From Christensenellaceae bacterium (GTDB lineage: Bacteria > Bacillota > Clostridia > Christensenellales > SZUA-584): DNA of 64,000 bases. Below are positions 7,554-15,491 of this stretch, in pieces. The stretch covers positions 26,507 through 90,506 of the forward strand of contig CAXXXL010000002.1 of NCBI GenBank assembly GCA_963666505.2. The letters are read 5' to 3'. The number at the start of each line of letters is the position of its first letter. Position 1 is the first letter of the stretch. The notes beneath the pieces are model-generated. The model saw only the letters and a program-made list of their open reading frames with translations. It had not been told where the DNA came from and made no database searches. A program made the translations under genes and the position numbers.

Positions 7554-8705
7554 ATGATATTCGGACTAAGAGAAAAAACGGCTGAGCTTGGTCAGTTCAC
7601 AAGTGAAAAATGCAAAGCCTGTAAGAAGGATAAAAAATATATTTTCAAGAGGATAACAAAATTTATAGTAGTTTTTTTCGTCAACCTTATTCCTGTTTCT
7701 ACGAGGTTTGAGTGTGAGTGCGTGAATTGCAAAGATATTGTTAAGATAGATAAAAAGGCAGGCAGACAGCTTGCAAAGCAAAAGTTCAGCGTAGAGAACG
7801 GAAACCAGAACTTTGCTATAGCAGGAAAGCTTTTCATTGCAGCAGTTATTGTTGCTGCAGCCATCGTTCTTCCTATAGTGCTTGTGGGCCCTCCTCTTTC
7901 ACCGGATATGCTGAAAGGGCTTGTAACTGAAGATGGCGAGTATACTATCGTTAACGAAGATGACAGCATGGTCGGCGTTATCAAATGTGATGAAGGTGAC
8001 TGCACGCTCCTTATGTATAACGATATAGAAGACTATAAAACAGCAGATGGAAATAAGTTCGAGCTGCACAAACATTATGAGGAAATCAAAAAGGAAGACG
8101 GCACTTCCTATATGCAGCCCATAGCCGACGATTTCGGCGCACTGTTAGACAAAAACAATATCAAGGTACAGCGTTATTATTATGACATTGCAAATAACTC
8201 CTATGGATATGCTGTGGGGGTAAAAGACCTAAGCACAATCGAGTATACCGACGACAAAGCTGTCTATACTCTGTCATATTTTCCGTCAACGCTAGAAGAG
8301 CTAACATTCAAAATAGTCATATATACAGCAAAGGACTGGGAAATCGACGTCAGATCTCAGATAATGGACGACGGTTCTGAAGAGATCATGGATATAATGC
8401 TTATAAAAAATGAAGACGGGAAGCAGGTTTCGGAAACGATGTATAAGCTTGCATCTTCTGACGGTTCTATAGTATATCTGGGCGATTTGTCTTCTATGAG
8501 CACTGGACAGGAGTTCTATGATTTCATCAAGAGCAGTGATCTTGCTATAGATTATAAAAATGATTATACTTACTATAAAAACACAGACGTTATTATGTCA
8601 TCCGTCTTTACAACCTATGACGAAGAAGGCAACCCGACAGTTTCGGAAGAGAAATATGATATCGTACAGAAGTACGGGTATTATATATTGACTGCCGTTG
8701 AGTAA
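7554..8705 (+). CDS. hypothetical membrane protein with N-terminal split zinc ribbon
   Basis: 383 aa. CKAC...(hydrophobic FIVVFFVNLIPV)...CECVNC forms two CxxC pairs flanking a hydrophobic segment. A TM helix follows (LFIAAVIVAAAIVLPIVLV), then a ~270-aa Asp/Glu/Tyr-rich extracytoplasmic domain with no motif I recognise. RBS GGGAG lies 7 nt upstream. Confidence 0.7.
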   Translation: MIFGLREKTAELGQFTSEKCKACKKDKKYIFKRITKFIVVFFVNLIPVSTRFECECVNCKDIVKIDKKAGRQLAKQKFSVENGNQNFAIAGKLFIAAVIVAAAIVLPIVLVGPPLSPDMLKGLVTEDGEYTIVNEDDSMVGVIKCDEGDCTLLMYNDIEDYKTADGNKFELHKHYEEIKKEDGTSYMQPIADDFGALLDKNNIKVQRYYYDIANNSYGYAVGVKDLSTIEYTDDKAVYTLSYFPSTLEELTFKIVIYTAKDWEIDVRSQIMDDGSEEIMDIMLIKNEDGKQVSETMYKLASSDGSIVYLGDLSSMSTGQEFYDFIKSSDLAIDYKNDYTYYKNTDVIMSSVFTTYDEEGNPTVSEEKYDIVQKYGYYILTAVE

Positions 8706-8778
8706 AAAAGGTGAATTGAATTATTGCATGCAGCCTTAATATAAACAGTATCTCAAAATAAACTCAGGAGGTTTTTTT

Positions 8779-9051
8779 ATGAATAAATCAGAACTAATCG
8801 ATGCAGTAGCAAAAAGTGCAGGAGTAACCAAGCAGGATGCAGAAAAATGCTTATCGGCTTTTTCAAGCGTAGTTATTGAAACACTTGGAAGCGGCGAAAA
8901 GGTTCAGTGGGCGGGCTTTGGCACGTTTGAACTAAGACACAGGGAAGCAAGACAGGGAATAAACCCGGCAACAGGAGAAAAAATCAGAATAGCTGCTTGT
9001 GATTCTCCGGCATTTAAACCGGGAAAAGCTTTAAAAGACAGCTTCAAGTAG
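8779..9051 (+). CDS. hup: DNA-binding protein HU
   Basis: 90 aa. MNKSELIDAVA...GFGTFELRHREARQGINPATGEKIRI...FKPGKALKD matches the HU/IHF family signature. AGGAGG RBS lies 7 nt upstream. Confidence 0.95.
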   Translation: MNKSELIDAVAKSAGVTKQDAEKCLSAFSSVVIETLGSGEKVQWAGFGTFELRHREARQGINPATGEKIRIAACDSPAFKPGKALKDSFK

Positions 9052-9060
9052 ACAAAAATA

Positions 9061-9091
9061 AAGCACACTTGAAACAAAGTGTGCTTTTTTT
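9061..9091. terminator. bidirectional rho-independent terminator between hup and the convergent FTR-like gene
   Basis: AAGCACACTT (9061-9070), loop GAAACA, AAGTGTGCTT (9077-9086), then T5. The reverse complement is also followed by a T-rich run (TATTTTTGT). Confidence 0.85.
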
Positions 9092-9108
9092 ATATAGTTT
9101 TTAATGTC

Positions 9109-9600
9109 TTACATGAAACGTTCGAAACGCTCGGCTGAAGCTTTGCAGATGGGACATACTCTGGGCGGATTGTCGGCTGCACAAAGATATCCGCAGACTT
9201 TGCATCTGTATACCGGATATTTCAGACCAGTTGCTGGTTTGCCTTGTTGCTGTTGTTTTTGTTTTTTGCGCTCTTCCAAAGGTAGTCGCCTTTCGGGTAT
9301 TTGAATCTGCTTTTCAGAGTTCTCTGGTGCAGAAACATACAGTGCACAGTAGCATGCTCCGTATTGCGCAAGGTCTGCATCTCTGTAGTCACACGGGCAC
9401 ACGATATCCATGTTGTCTTCCTTGTCACCTTTAAAGCGGCGGCAAGGGCACGTTTCCATGCCGTATCTGTCATCGTTGGTAATCAGCCCCTGAGTTAAGA
9501 GCTCAAGGAAATCTTCGTCGCTGTTAAGTATATAGCCGCTGCGATTAGCATCGTATTTTAGCTGTGCCAGACGCTTTTTTAATCTTTCGCTGCTGTCCAT
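9109..9600 (-). CDS. ferredoxin:thioredoxin-reductase catalytic-subunit-like protein fused to a C-terminal rubredoxin-type domain
   Basis: 163 aa. ETCPCRRF...VCPCDYRD...GACYCALYV reads as CPC-x14-CPC-x12-CYC. A KKQKQQQQ linker follows, then YRCKVCGY...RVCPICKA (two CxxC knuckles). Confidence 0.75.
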   Translation of the reverse strand: MDSSERLKKRLAQLKYDANRSGYILNSDEDFLELLTQGLITNDDRYGMETCPCRRFKGDKEDNMDIVCPCDYRDADLAQYGACYCALYVSAPENSEKQIQIPERRLPLEERKKQKQQQQGKPATGLKYPVYRCKVCGYLCAADNPPRVCPICKASAERFERFM

Positions 9601-9604
9601 AGCA

Positions 9605-9886
9605 TTATCCTATAATTTTTTCAAGCCGTGCACGATCATATCCGATTATGCAGTCGTTCGTGCCGATAGTAACCATCGGATAAGACTCTTCGCTGCTATA
9701 GCTTTTTTGTACTTCGAGGCACTCTTCAAGCTCCGGCCCAGTAATTTTGTCAACATATACATATGAATATTCGACTTCGTTATCATCAAGGAACTTCTTT
9801 GTTTTTTTACACCAACCGCATGTGCTTAATGCGTATAGCTTGATGTCTCCGTAATTTTTACCTGTAACTTTTGTATAATTAATCAT
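9605..9886 (-). CDS. glutaredoxin-like / NrdH-like small thioredoxin-fold protein
   Basis: ORF track gives 9605..9943. The ATG at 9886 (MINYTKV...) is 7 nt after GGGGA, and the longer N-terminal extension would cover the predicted promoter. 93 aa with a CGWC active-site motif (YALSTCGWCKK). The gene ends 4 nt before the FTR-like gene. Confidence 0.8.
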   Translation of the reverse strand: MINYTKVTGKNYGDIKLYALSTCGWCKKTKKFLDDNEVEYSYVYVDKITGPELEECLEVQKSYSSEESYPMVTIGTNDCIIGYDRARLEKIIG

Positions 9887-9916
9887 AAGCATGTCCCCTT
9901 TATTTTTCTTTTTTAT

Positions 9917-9943
9917 ATTATAGCACAATTGCATTACGTGCAA
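9917..9943 (-). promoter_or_regulatory. putative promoter of the grx-like/FTR-like pair (TTGCAC-N15-TGcTATAAT)
   Basis: Minus strand: TTGCAC (9943-9938) and an extended -10 TGCTATAAT (9925-9917). The spacer is only 15 nt, so the -35 assignment is weak. Confidence 0.35.
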
Positions 9944-9981
9944 AAGTTAAAGTTAAGCAGATATAACAGTTTGTTAACATG

Positions 9982-10010
9982 TTGCTAATGCAAATGAGCT
10001 ATGATAAAAT
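9982..10010 (+). promoter_or_regulatory. promoter of the ABC transporter pair (TTGCTA-N17-TAAAAT with a TG extension)
   Basis: TTGCTA at 9982-9987, 17-nt spacer ending in TGA, TAAAAT at 10005-10010. Confidence 0.5.
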
Positions 10011-10043
10011 TGCAACGATTCATATTTGGCTTTGGAGGACAAA

Positions 10044-10967
10044 ATGAAAGATATAATAATTATAAAATCCCTTTCAAAAAATTACGGAGACATAAACGCT
10101 GTAAAGGATATCTCTTTTTCAATAAAAGAGGGTTCATTTTTTGCATTCCTTGGCCCCAACGGCGCAGGAAAATCTACAACGATAAATATCCTATGTACGC
10201 TTCTTGACAAGACGGCAGGCTTTGCTTCCGTTGACGGGCATGAAATCGGCAAAGATGACAGTCTTGTTCGGGAGAAAATAGGTGTTGTTTTTCAGGAATC
10301 CGTGCTTGATTCGCTTTTAACGGTAAGGGAAAACCTTGAAACAAGAGCTGCTTTTTATGGTATAAAGGGCAAAGAATTTGATGAAAGGCTGCATGATATC
10401 GCAAAAGCTACTGAAATCAGCGACTTCATCAAAAGACGGTACGGCAAGCTCTCTGGCGGGCAGCGCAGACGTGCAGACATCGCCCGGGCTCTTATCAATA
10501 CTCCGAAGGTATTGTTCCTTGACGAGCCTACTACCGGTCTTGACCCGCACACCAGGAAAAGCGTATGGAGGACAGTAAAAAAACTGCAGGAAGAAAAAAA
10601 GGTAACGGTATTCCTTACGACACATTATATGGAGGAGGCCGCAGAGGCTGATGACGTTGCAATCATAGACAACGGCAGTATCGTTGCTCAGGGCTCGCCT
10701 GCTCAGCTCCGGATCAAATTCAGCACTGATATGCTCAAAGTAATGCCAAAGAGCATTGACGAATATGAAGACTATCTTAAAAAGCAGCAGCTAGAATTTG
10801 ATAATGACCGTGGAGTTTTGAATATACCTGTAGAGAACAGTATTGATGCTCTGGAGATACTTAAAAAAACTCAAAGCATGATCGAAAACTTCGAGGTAGT
10901 TCGCGGCAATATGGATGACGTTTTCCTCAACATTGCAGGACATCATATAATTAAGGAGGAAGTATAG
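10044..10967 (+). CDS. ABC transporter ATP-binding protein (ABC-2/DrrA-like exporter type)
   Basis: ORF track gives 10026..10967. The ATG at 10044 lies 7 nt after GGAGG. Walker A GPNGAGKST, signature LSGGQRRR, Walker B LFLDEPTTGLD. 307 aa. Confidence 0.9.
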   Translation: MKDIIIIKSLSKNYGDINAVKDISFSIKEGSFFAFLGPNGAGKSTTINILCTLLDKTAGFASVDGHEIGKDDSLVREKIGVVFQESVLDSLLTVRENLETRAAFYGIKGKEFDERLHDIAKATEISDFIKRRYGKLSGGQRRRADIARALINTPKVLFLDEPTTGLDPHTRKSVWRTVKKLQEEKKVTVFLTTHYMEEAAEADDVAIIDNGSIVAQGSPAQLRIKFSTDMLKVMPKSIDEYEDYLKKQQLEFDNDRGVLNIPVENSIDALEILKKTQSMIENFEVVRGNMDDVFLNIAGHHIIKEEV

Positions 10968-11849
10968 ATGAACAGTTCACTCTCCAGTTTGATAAAACGA
11001 AATATAAAAGTATATTACAGAGATAAGATATCTGTCTTTTTTTCCTTTCTTTCAATACTTATAATAATAATGTTGTATGCGTTGTTTCTTGGTAACATAC
11101 AGGTGGATTCAATCAAAGAATCTGCAGGTAACGTTGAAGGCATAAGATATTTGGTGGACACCTGGATAATGGCCGGCATCATTGCCATTAGCAGCGTCAC
11201 CATATCTCTTGGCGCTCTTGGGACAATGGTCGATGACCAGCATAAAAAGATATTGAGAGATTTTGTTGTTGCTCCGATAAAGAAAAGCCGCATCGTTGCG
11301 AGCTATATAATATCGACTTGGATAATTGCTCTGGTCGTTGGACTGTTCACATTATTACTTGCCGAGCTATATATTTTGGCCAGCGGCGGCGAACTTGTTA
11401 CACTTGCTCAGTTTTTTAAAATTTTAGGAATAATGCTGCTGTGTATCTTCTCCTCTGCTTCTATTATGTTCTTTATCACATCATTTATTAAGTCGGTAAA
11501 TGCTTTTGCGACGCTAAGTACTATAGTCGGCACGATGATAGGATTCCTTGCCGGCATATACGTTCCGCTGGGCATACTGCCAAATGCCATTCAGACTGTT
11601 ATTAAGTTTGTTCCGGTATCTCACGGCGCCGTACTGCTTAGGCAGATACTTATGGAAAAACCCTTGGGCAGCGTATTCGCTATGGCGCCCGCAGAAGCGA
11701 AATTGCATTATATGGAGTTTAACGGAGTATTGTTCAAAGCAGGTGACAACGAGATATCCGTTGCGGCAATGCTGATTGTGCTGGCTGGCTCCGGGCTTAT
11801 ATTCTTCCTGCTTTCAGTTATCAGGACTTCACGCATGAAAGTAAAATAG
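10968..11849 (+). CDS. ABC-2 type transporter permease
   Basis: 293 aa with six hydrophobic helices. It starts immediately after the ATPase stop. AAGGAGG RBS. Confidence 0.8.
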   Translation: MNSSLSSLIKRNIKVYYRDKISVFFSFLSILIIIMLYALFLGNIQVDSIKESAGNVEGIRYLVDTWIMAGIIAISSVTISLGALGTMVDDQHKKILRDFVVAPIKKSRIVASYIISTWIIALVVGLFTLLLAELYILASGGELVTLAQFFKILGIMLLCIFSSASIMFFITSFIKSVNAFATLSTIVGTMIGFLAGIYVPLGILPNAIQTVIKFVPVSHGAVLLRQILMEKPLGSVFAMAPAEAKLHYMEFNGVLFKAGDNEISVAAMLIVLAGSGLIFFLLSVIRTSRMKVK

Positions 11850-11906
11850 GGATATAGAGATTATTAACTTTGGCTTATGATAAACTAATCGCAAAAATGT
11901 TCTGTA

Positions 11907-11935
11907 TTGTAATTCTATGATAATAAAGGTATAAT
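11907..11935 (+). promoter_or_regulatory. orphan promoter-like element (TTGTAA-N17-TATAAT) in the intergenic region
   Basis: TTGTAA at 11907-11912, exactly 17-nt spacer, TATAAT at 11930-11935. No CDS follows. The surrounding sequence is AT-rich, so a chance match is possible. Confidence 0.4.
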
Positions 11936-11970
11936 ATGGATAAAGTATTAACATAGTATAAATCTAATTG

Positions 11971-12001
11971 CGGCGCTTTTGTTTAAAACAGCGCTGTTTT
12001 T
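11971..12001 (+). terminator. rho-independent terminator-like hairpin + T5
   Basis: CGGCGCT (11971-11977) pairs with AGCGCTG (11990-11996) with one G-U pair. Inner TTT/AAA pairs with a C bulge extend the stem. It is followed by TTTTT (11997-12001). Confidence 0.5.
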
Positions 12002-12062
12002 AGTTTTAAAGCATCGCTGATATTTAGCATTAATAATCTTTCTGAATTTTCTGTTTCATTTT

Positions 12063-12107
12063 AAAAAAAAGATATCATCTTTCTTTTTAAGAGCGATGAT
12101 ATATCTT
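12063..12107 (-). terminator. terminator of the tRNA operon
   Basis: The minus strand reads AAGATATATCATC - 15-nt loop - GATGATATCTT followed by T8. This gives 8 bp, a 2-nt bulge and 3 bp. It lies 15 nt downstream of tRNA-Leu. Confidence 0.5.
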
Positions 12108-12122
12108 GATAGAAATTATCTT

Positions 12123-12210
12123 TGGTGCCGAAGACCGGACTTGAACCGGTACAGTGGAAACCACCGCGGGATTTTAAGTCCCGTGCGTCTGCCAATTCCG
12201 CCACTTCGGC
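12123..12210 (-). tRNA. tRNA-Leu (anticodon TAA)
   Basis: The reverse complement folds as a cloverleaf: acceptor GCCGAAG/CTTCGGC, anticodon stem CGGGA/TCCCG with loop CTTAAAA, a long variable arm, T-arm ACCGG-TTCAAGT-CCGGT, and an encoded CCA. 88 nt. Confidence 0.9.
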
Positions 12211-12252
12211 ATAAAAGATGTACGGACTTCCCTATAAAAGAAAGTCCGTTTC

Positions 12253-12327
12253 TGGAGGCGCCACCCGGATTTGAACCGGGGCGTGAGGATTTTGCAGACC
12301 CTTGCCTTACCACTTGGCTATGGCGCC
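12253..12327 (-). tRNA. tRNA-Cys (anticodon GCA)
   Basis: Acceptor GGCGCCA/TGGCGCC, anticodon loop CTGCAAA, T-arm CCCGG-TTCAAAT-CCGGG, discriminator T and an encoded CCA. 75 nt. Confidence 0.9.
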
Positions 12328-12360
12328 GCAGTTTTTGCGTTTCTTTTTAAAAAAGTAGAT

Positions 12361-12435
12361 TGGAGCGGAAGACGAGATTCGAACTCGCGACTTCGACCTT
12401 GGCAAGGTCGCACTCTACCACTGAGTCACTCCCGC
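12361..12435 (-). tRNA. tRNA-Gly (anticodon GCC)
   Basis: Acceptor GCGGGAG/CTTCCGC, anticodon stem CGACC/GGTCG with loop TTGCCAA, T-loop GTTCGAATC and an encoded CCA. 75 nt. Confidence 0.9.
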
Positions 12436-12448
12436 ATAAAAAAAACAA

Positions 12449-12525
12449 TGGCGACCCGGAAGAGACTCGAACTCTCGACCTCTAGCGTGACAGGCTAGCG
12501 TTCTAACCAACTGAACTACCGGGCC
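12449..12525 (-). tRNA. tRNA-Asp (anticodon GTC)
   Basis: Acceptor GGCCCGG/CCGGGTC, anticodon stem CTAGC/GCTAG with loop CTGTCAC, T-loop GTTCGAGTC, discriminator G and an encoded CCA. 77 nt. Confidence 0.9.
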
Positions 12526-12568
12526 ATATGGATAAGCGGCTCTTATCATAAAGCCGCCTATCTATTAT

Positions 12569-12644
12569 TGGTGGGAACAACTGGGCTCGAACCAGTGACC
12601 CCTTGCTTGTAAGGCAAGTGCTCTCCCAGCTGAGCTATGCTCCC
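12569..12644 (-). tRNA. tRNA-Val (anticodon TAC)
   Basis: Acceptor GGGAGCA/TGTTCCC, anticodon stem CTTGC/GCAAG with loop CTTACAA, T-loop GTTCGAGCC and an encoded CCA. 76 nt. Confidence 0.9.
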
Positions 12645-12677
12645 ACACGCCGGGCTGTAAAATAACAGTGCCTGCGT

Positions 12678-12706
12678 ATTGTATAATAGACTTGGGTGAC
12701 TGTCAA
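12678..12706 (-). promoter_or_regulatory. promoter of the tRNA operon (TTGACA-N17-TACAAT)
   Basis: Minus strand: TTGACA (12706-12701), 17-nt spacer, TACAAT (12683-12678). It lies about 35 nt upstream of the tRNA-Val 5' end. Confidence 0.65.
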
Positions 12707-12788
12707 AATTCAATATTTCTGTTTAACCGCAAATATGTTAACATTGCTTGCAAATGGTCGGATTTTCGCCGTTTTACAGTCAATATTG

Positions 12789-13403
12789 CTATCTGCGTTT
12801 TTCGAGCTCTGCAAACACTTCAGATGGCTTTAGTCCTCTTTCACTGAGCATAACGAGAAGATGGTAAAGCAGGTCTGCACTCTCCAGCCGGATTTCGTCA
12901 GCAACTCCGTTCTTTGCGGCTATTATCACTTCTGCGCTCTCCTCCCCCACTTTTTTAAGTATCTTGTCAATACCATTGTCGAAAAGGTAGTTTGTATATG
13001 AGCCTTCTTTAGGATTAGCTTTTCTGTCTTCTATAACACCGAACAACTCGTCTATGACGGCGTATCCGCCGCTGTAATCGGCTGACCCGTGCAATGTGTC
13101 GAAGAAGCACGAATAAGCGCCCGTATGGCACGCTGGGCCTTTCTGAGAGACCATGGCAAGCAGCGTGTCTCCGTCACAGTCGATCTTAAGCTCGTGAAGC
13201 GTTTGAATGTGCCCTGAAGTTTCGCCTTTCATCCAAAGTTTCTGTCTGCTTCTTGAGAAATAGACCATGTTTCCAGTTTCCTGAGTCTTTGCAATTGATT
13301 CCTCACTCATGTACGCCAACATCAGAACTGCATTGGTTTTGACATCCTGTACAACTACCGGCACGAGGCCTTTTTCATCGAATTTGATTTTTGATGTATC
13401 CAT
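12789..13403 (-). CDS. hisI: bifunctional phosphoribosyl-AMP cyclohydrolase / phosphoribosyl-ATP diphosphatase
   Basis: 204 aa. N-terminal PRA-CH (LVPVVVQD..., [12 protein letters not shown]) and C-terminal PRA-PH ([13 protein letters not shown]). GAGGAG RBS. Confidence 0.93.
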   Translation of the reverse strand: MDTSKIKFDEKGLVPVVVQDVKTNAVLMLAYMSEESIAKTQETGNMVYFSRSRQKLWMKGETSGHIQTLHELKIDCDGDTLLAMVSQKGPACHTGAYSCFFDTLHGSADYSGGYAVIDELFGVIEDRKANPKEGSYTNYLFDNGIDKILKKVGEESAEVIIAAKNGVADEIRLESADLLYHLLVMLSERGLKPSEVFAELEKRR

Positions 13404-13415
13404 TATATCTCCTCT

Positions 13416-14177
13416 TTATATCCTGACCGGAATATTTTCTTTCAAAAAGTAGTCCTTCACATCTTTTACAGTATAGTCACCATAGTGAAAAATCGAAGCA
13501 ACTAGTACCGCATCTGCCCCTCCGTCTGTAAGCACTTCTTTGAAGTGTTCCATCTTACCCGCACCGCCGGACGCTATCACCGGTATGCTAACAATATTTG
13601 AAACGGCTCTCGTTGCGGGTATGTCGTAGCCGTCCTTAGTTCCGTCTGTGTCCATGCTTGTCAGCAGTATCTCTCCAGCACCCAGCTTTTCTGCCAGCGC
13701 TGCCCATTCGAGCAGGTCTCTTCCTGTATTTACACGTCCGCCGTTCAGGTATACGTCCCAGCCTGTTTTGTCGTCACGCAGTTTTGCGTCTATTGCACAT
13801 ACAACACACTGGCTGCCGAACTTCTCTGCAGCTTCACTTATAAGCTCTGGAGTTTTTAGCGCAGCAGAATTTATAGATATCTTGTCGGCACCCTGTTTGA
13901 GCATACTGCGAAAATCTTCGACTGTTCTAATCCCGCCGCCCACAGTTAAAGGTATGAAGACTTCTTCAGCTGTTCTTGCCACTACTTCGCTCATTATGCT
14001 GCGCTCGTGCGCTGAAGCGGTAATGTCCAGAAAAACCAGTTCATCGGCCCCCGCTTTGTTGAAAGCTTTCGCCATTTCGACAGGGTCTCCTGCATCTCTA
14101 ATATCTATGAAGTTTACTCCTTTTACCACACGGCCTGCGTGCACATCCAGGCACGGTATAATTCTCTTTGACAGCAT
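13416..14177 (-). CDS. hisF: imidazole glycerol phosphate synthase cyclase subunit
   Basis: 253 aa. [20 protein letters not shown] and ASGGAG motifs. Confidence 0.95.
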   Translation of the reverse strand: MLSKRIIPCLDVHAGRVVKGVNFIDIRDAGDPVEMAKAFNKAGADELVFLDITASAHERSIMSEVVARTAEEVFIPLTVGGGIRTVEDFRSMLKQGADKISINSAALKTPELISEAAEKFGSQCVVCAIDAKLRDDKTGWDVYLNGGRVNTGRDLLEWAALAEKLGAGEILLTSMDTDGTKDGYDIPATRAVSNIVSIPVIASGGAGKMEHFKEVLTDGGADAVLVASIFHYGDYTVKDVKDYFLKENIPVRI

Positions 14178-14890
14178 TATTTCGCTCCGATTTCTATTGC
14201 TTGTTTTAGATCTATACTTCCCGAATACAGCGCTTTGCCTATTATCACGCCTTCTACTCCCGTACTAATAAGCTCTTCAACATCCCTTATGACGCTCATA
14301 CCGCCGGATGCGATTATGTTCATTCCTGTTTTCTGAACCATGTTTATTGTTGCTCGTACATTCGGGCCGGTAAGCATACCGTCACGGTTTATGTCTGTAT
14401 AGATTACCGTATCAACACCACGTGCTCTCATGTCCAGCGCCAGCGCAACAGGATCGGCATCAGTATCTGAAGCCCAACCACGAGTTGCAACTTTGCCGTC
14501 CTTTGCGTCAATGCCGGCAACTATCTGCCCCGGAAATTTTGCAGCAGCTTCACTTACAAGCTCTGGATTTTCGAATGCCGCTGTCCCAATAATCACACGG
14601 GCTATGCCCAAGCTGAGCCTCTGCTCTATGTCTTTCATGTTTCTTATACCGCCGCCGAGCTGCATTGGTATGTTTAGAACACTGAGTATCTCTTCGACAG
14701 CATCGTGGTTGGAAAACTCTCCGGCGAAAGCAGCGTCGAGGTCTACCACATGAAGATAATGTGCTCCCATGCTCTGCCACTTTTGTGCCATCTCGCTCGG
14801 TTTTCCGTATTGCGTGGCTTTGTCCATATCGCCCATCTGCAGCCTTACGCAAGTTCCGTTCTTAATATCTATTGCCGGGTATATCCTCAT
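14177..14890 (-). CDS. hisA: 1-(5-phosphoribosyl)-5-[(5-phosphoribosylamino)methylideneamino]imidazole-4-carboxamide isomerase
   Basis: 237 aa. [16 protein letters not shown] and [12 protein letters not shown] motifs. Overlaps hisF and hisH at the start/stop codons. Confidence 0.95.
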   Translation of the reverse strand: MRIYPAIDIKNGTCVRLQMGDMDKATQYGKPSEMAQKWQSMGAHYLHVVDLDAAFAGEFSNHDAVEEILSVLNIPMQLGGGIRNMKDIEQRLSLGIARVIIGTAAFENPELVSEAAAKFPGQIVAGIDAKDGKVATRGWASDTDADPVALALDMRARGVDTVIYTDINRDGMLTGPNVRATINMVQKTGMNIIASGGMSVIRDVEELISTGVEGVIIGKALYSGSIDLKQAIEIGAK

Positions 14891-15489
14891 TTTAACTCTC
14901 CAAAGTTCTTAAGCATTGCCAATCCAATGTCTCCGCTCTTCTCAGGATGAAACTGCAGTCCGAATATGTTGTCCTTCTGAACTGCTGCTGTGAACTTATA
15001 TCCGTATTCCGTTTCGCCGATAATGAATTCATCCGGTACATCACTTGCGTGGTATGAGTGAACGAAATATACAAACTTTTCACTTCCGTCATTTTGAAAG
15101 AGCGCATTGTCTTTTATTATCAGGTTGTTCCAGCCCATATGAGGCACTTTTAAGCCTTTAACCTCGAAGCGCTTAACAATGCCCGGCACCAGACCCAGAC
15201 CCTCGTATTCGCCGTTCTCGAAGCTCTTATCGAAAAGCAGCTGCATACCGAGGCATATGCCTATGAATGGTTTGCCTTTTTTTATCTCGCTTAGCATAGC
15301 ATCCTGCATGCCTGAGTCAAGAAGGCACCTGGCGGCATCTGCAAAAGCACCGACGCCCGGAAGAACTATATGGCTTGCATTGATCAAGTCGTTTGTATTG
15401 CTTGTAACAGAAGCTTCGAAGCCAAGAAATTCAAAAGCCTTTTGAACGCTTCTCAGATTGCCCATGCCGTAGTCTATTATCTGGATCAC
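14887..15489 (-). CDS. hisH: imidazole glycerol phosphate synthase glutamine amidotransferase subunit
   Basis: 200 aa. IIDYGMGNL, GICLGMQLL (catalytic Cys) and HSY..FHPEKS motifs. Confidence 0.95.
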   Translation of the reverse strand: MIQIIDYGMGNLRSVQKAFEFLGFEASVTSNTNDLINASHIVLPGVGAFADAARCLLDSGMQDAMLSEIKKGKPFIGICLGMQLLFDKSFENGEYEGLGLVPGIVKRFEVKGLKVPHMGWNNLIIKDNALFQNDGSEKFVYFVHSYHASDVPDEFIIGETEYGYKFTAAVQKDNIFGLQFHPEKSGDIGLAMLKNFGELK

Positions 15490-15491
15490 GC

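Noticed and set aside
8716-8745. A possible hup promoter (TTGAAT ... TAATAT/TATAAA).
   Set aside because: The hexamers give spacers of 15 or 18 nt, so neither combination is convincing enough to report as a feature.
12096-12498. Three ORFs (12096-12350 +, 12116-12313 -, 12271-12498 +) in the tRNA region.
   Set aside because: They are made up of tRNA gene sequence. The region folds into five canonical cloverleaf tRNAs.
12707-12788. A terminator expected between hisIE and the tRNA promoter.
   Set aside because: Only short palindromes are present (ATGTTAACAT, and a 3-bp CGG/CCG stem), with no stable hairpin plus U-tract. Read-through from the his operon into the tRNA operon cannot be excluded, so no feature was called.
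13648-14268. A 206-aa plus-strand ORF antisense to hisF. Similar long antisense ORFs occur at 4230-4847, 6557-7219, 25313-25861, 37976-38512, 41281-41763, 43811-44356, 50064-50513, 59913-60467 and 63242-63664.
   Set aside because: Each lies entirely within a well-supported gene on the other strand. They have Ser/Leu/Cys-rich low-complexity composition, no RBS and no recognisable motif. These are typical shadow ORFs.
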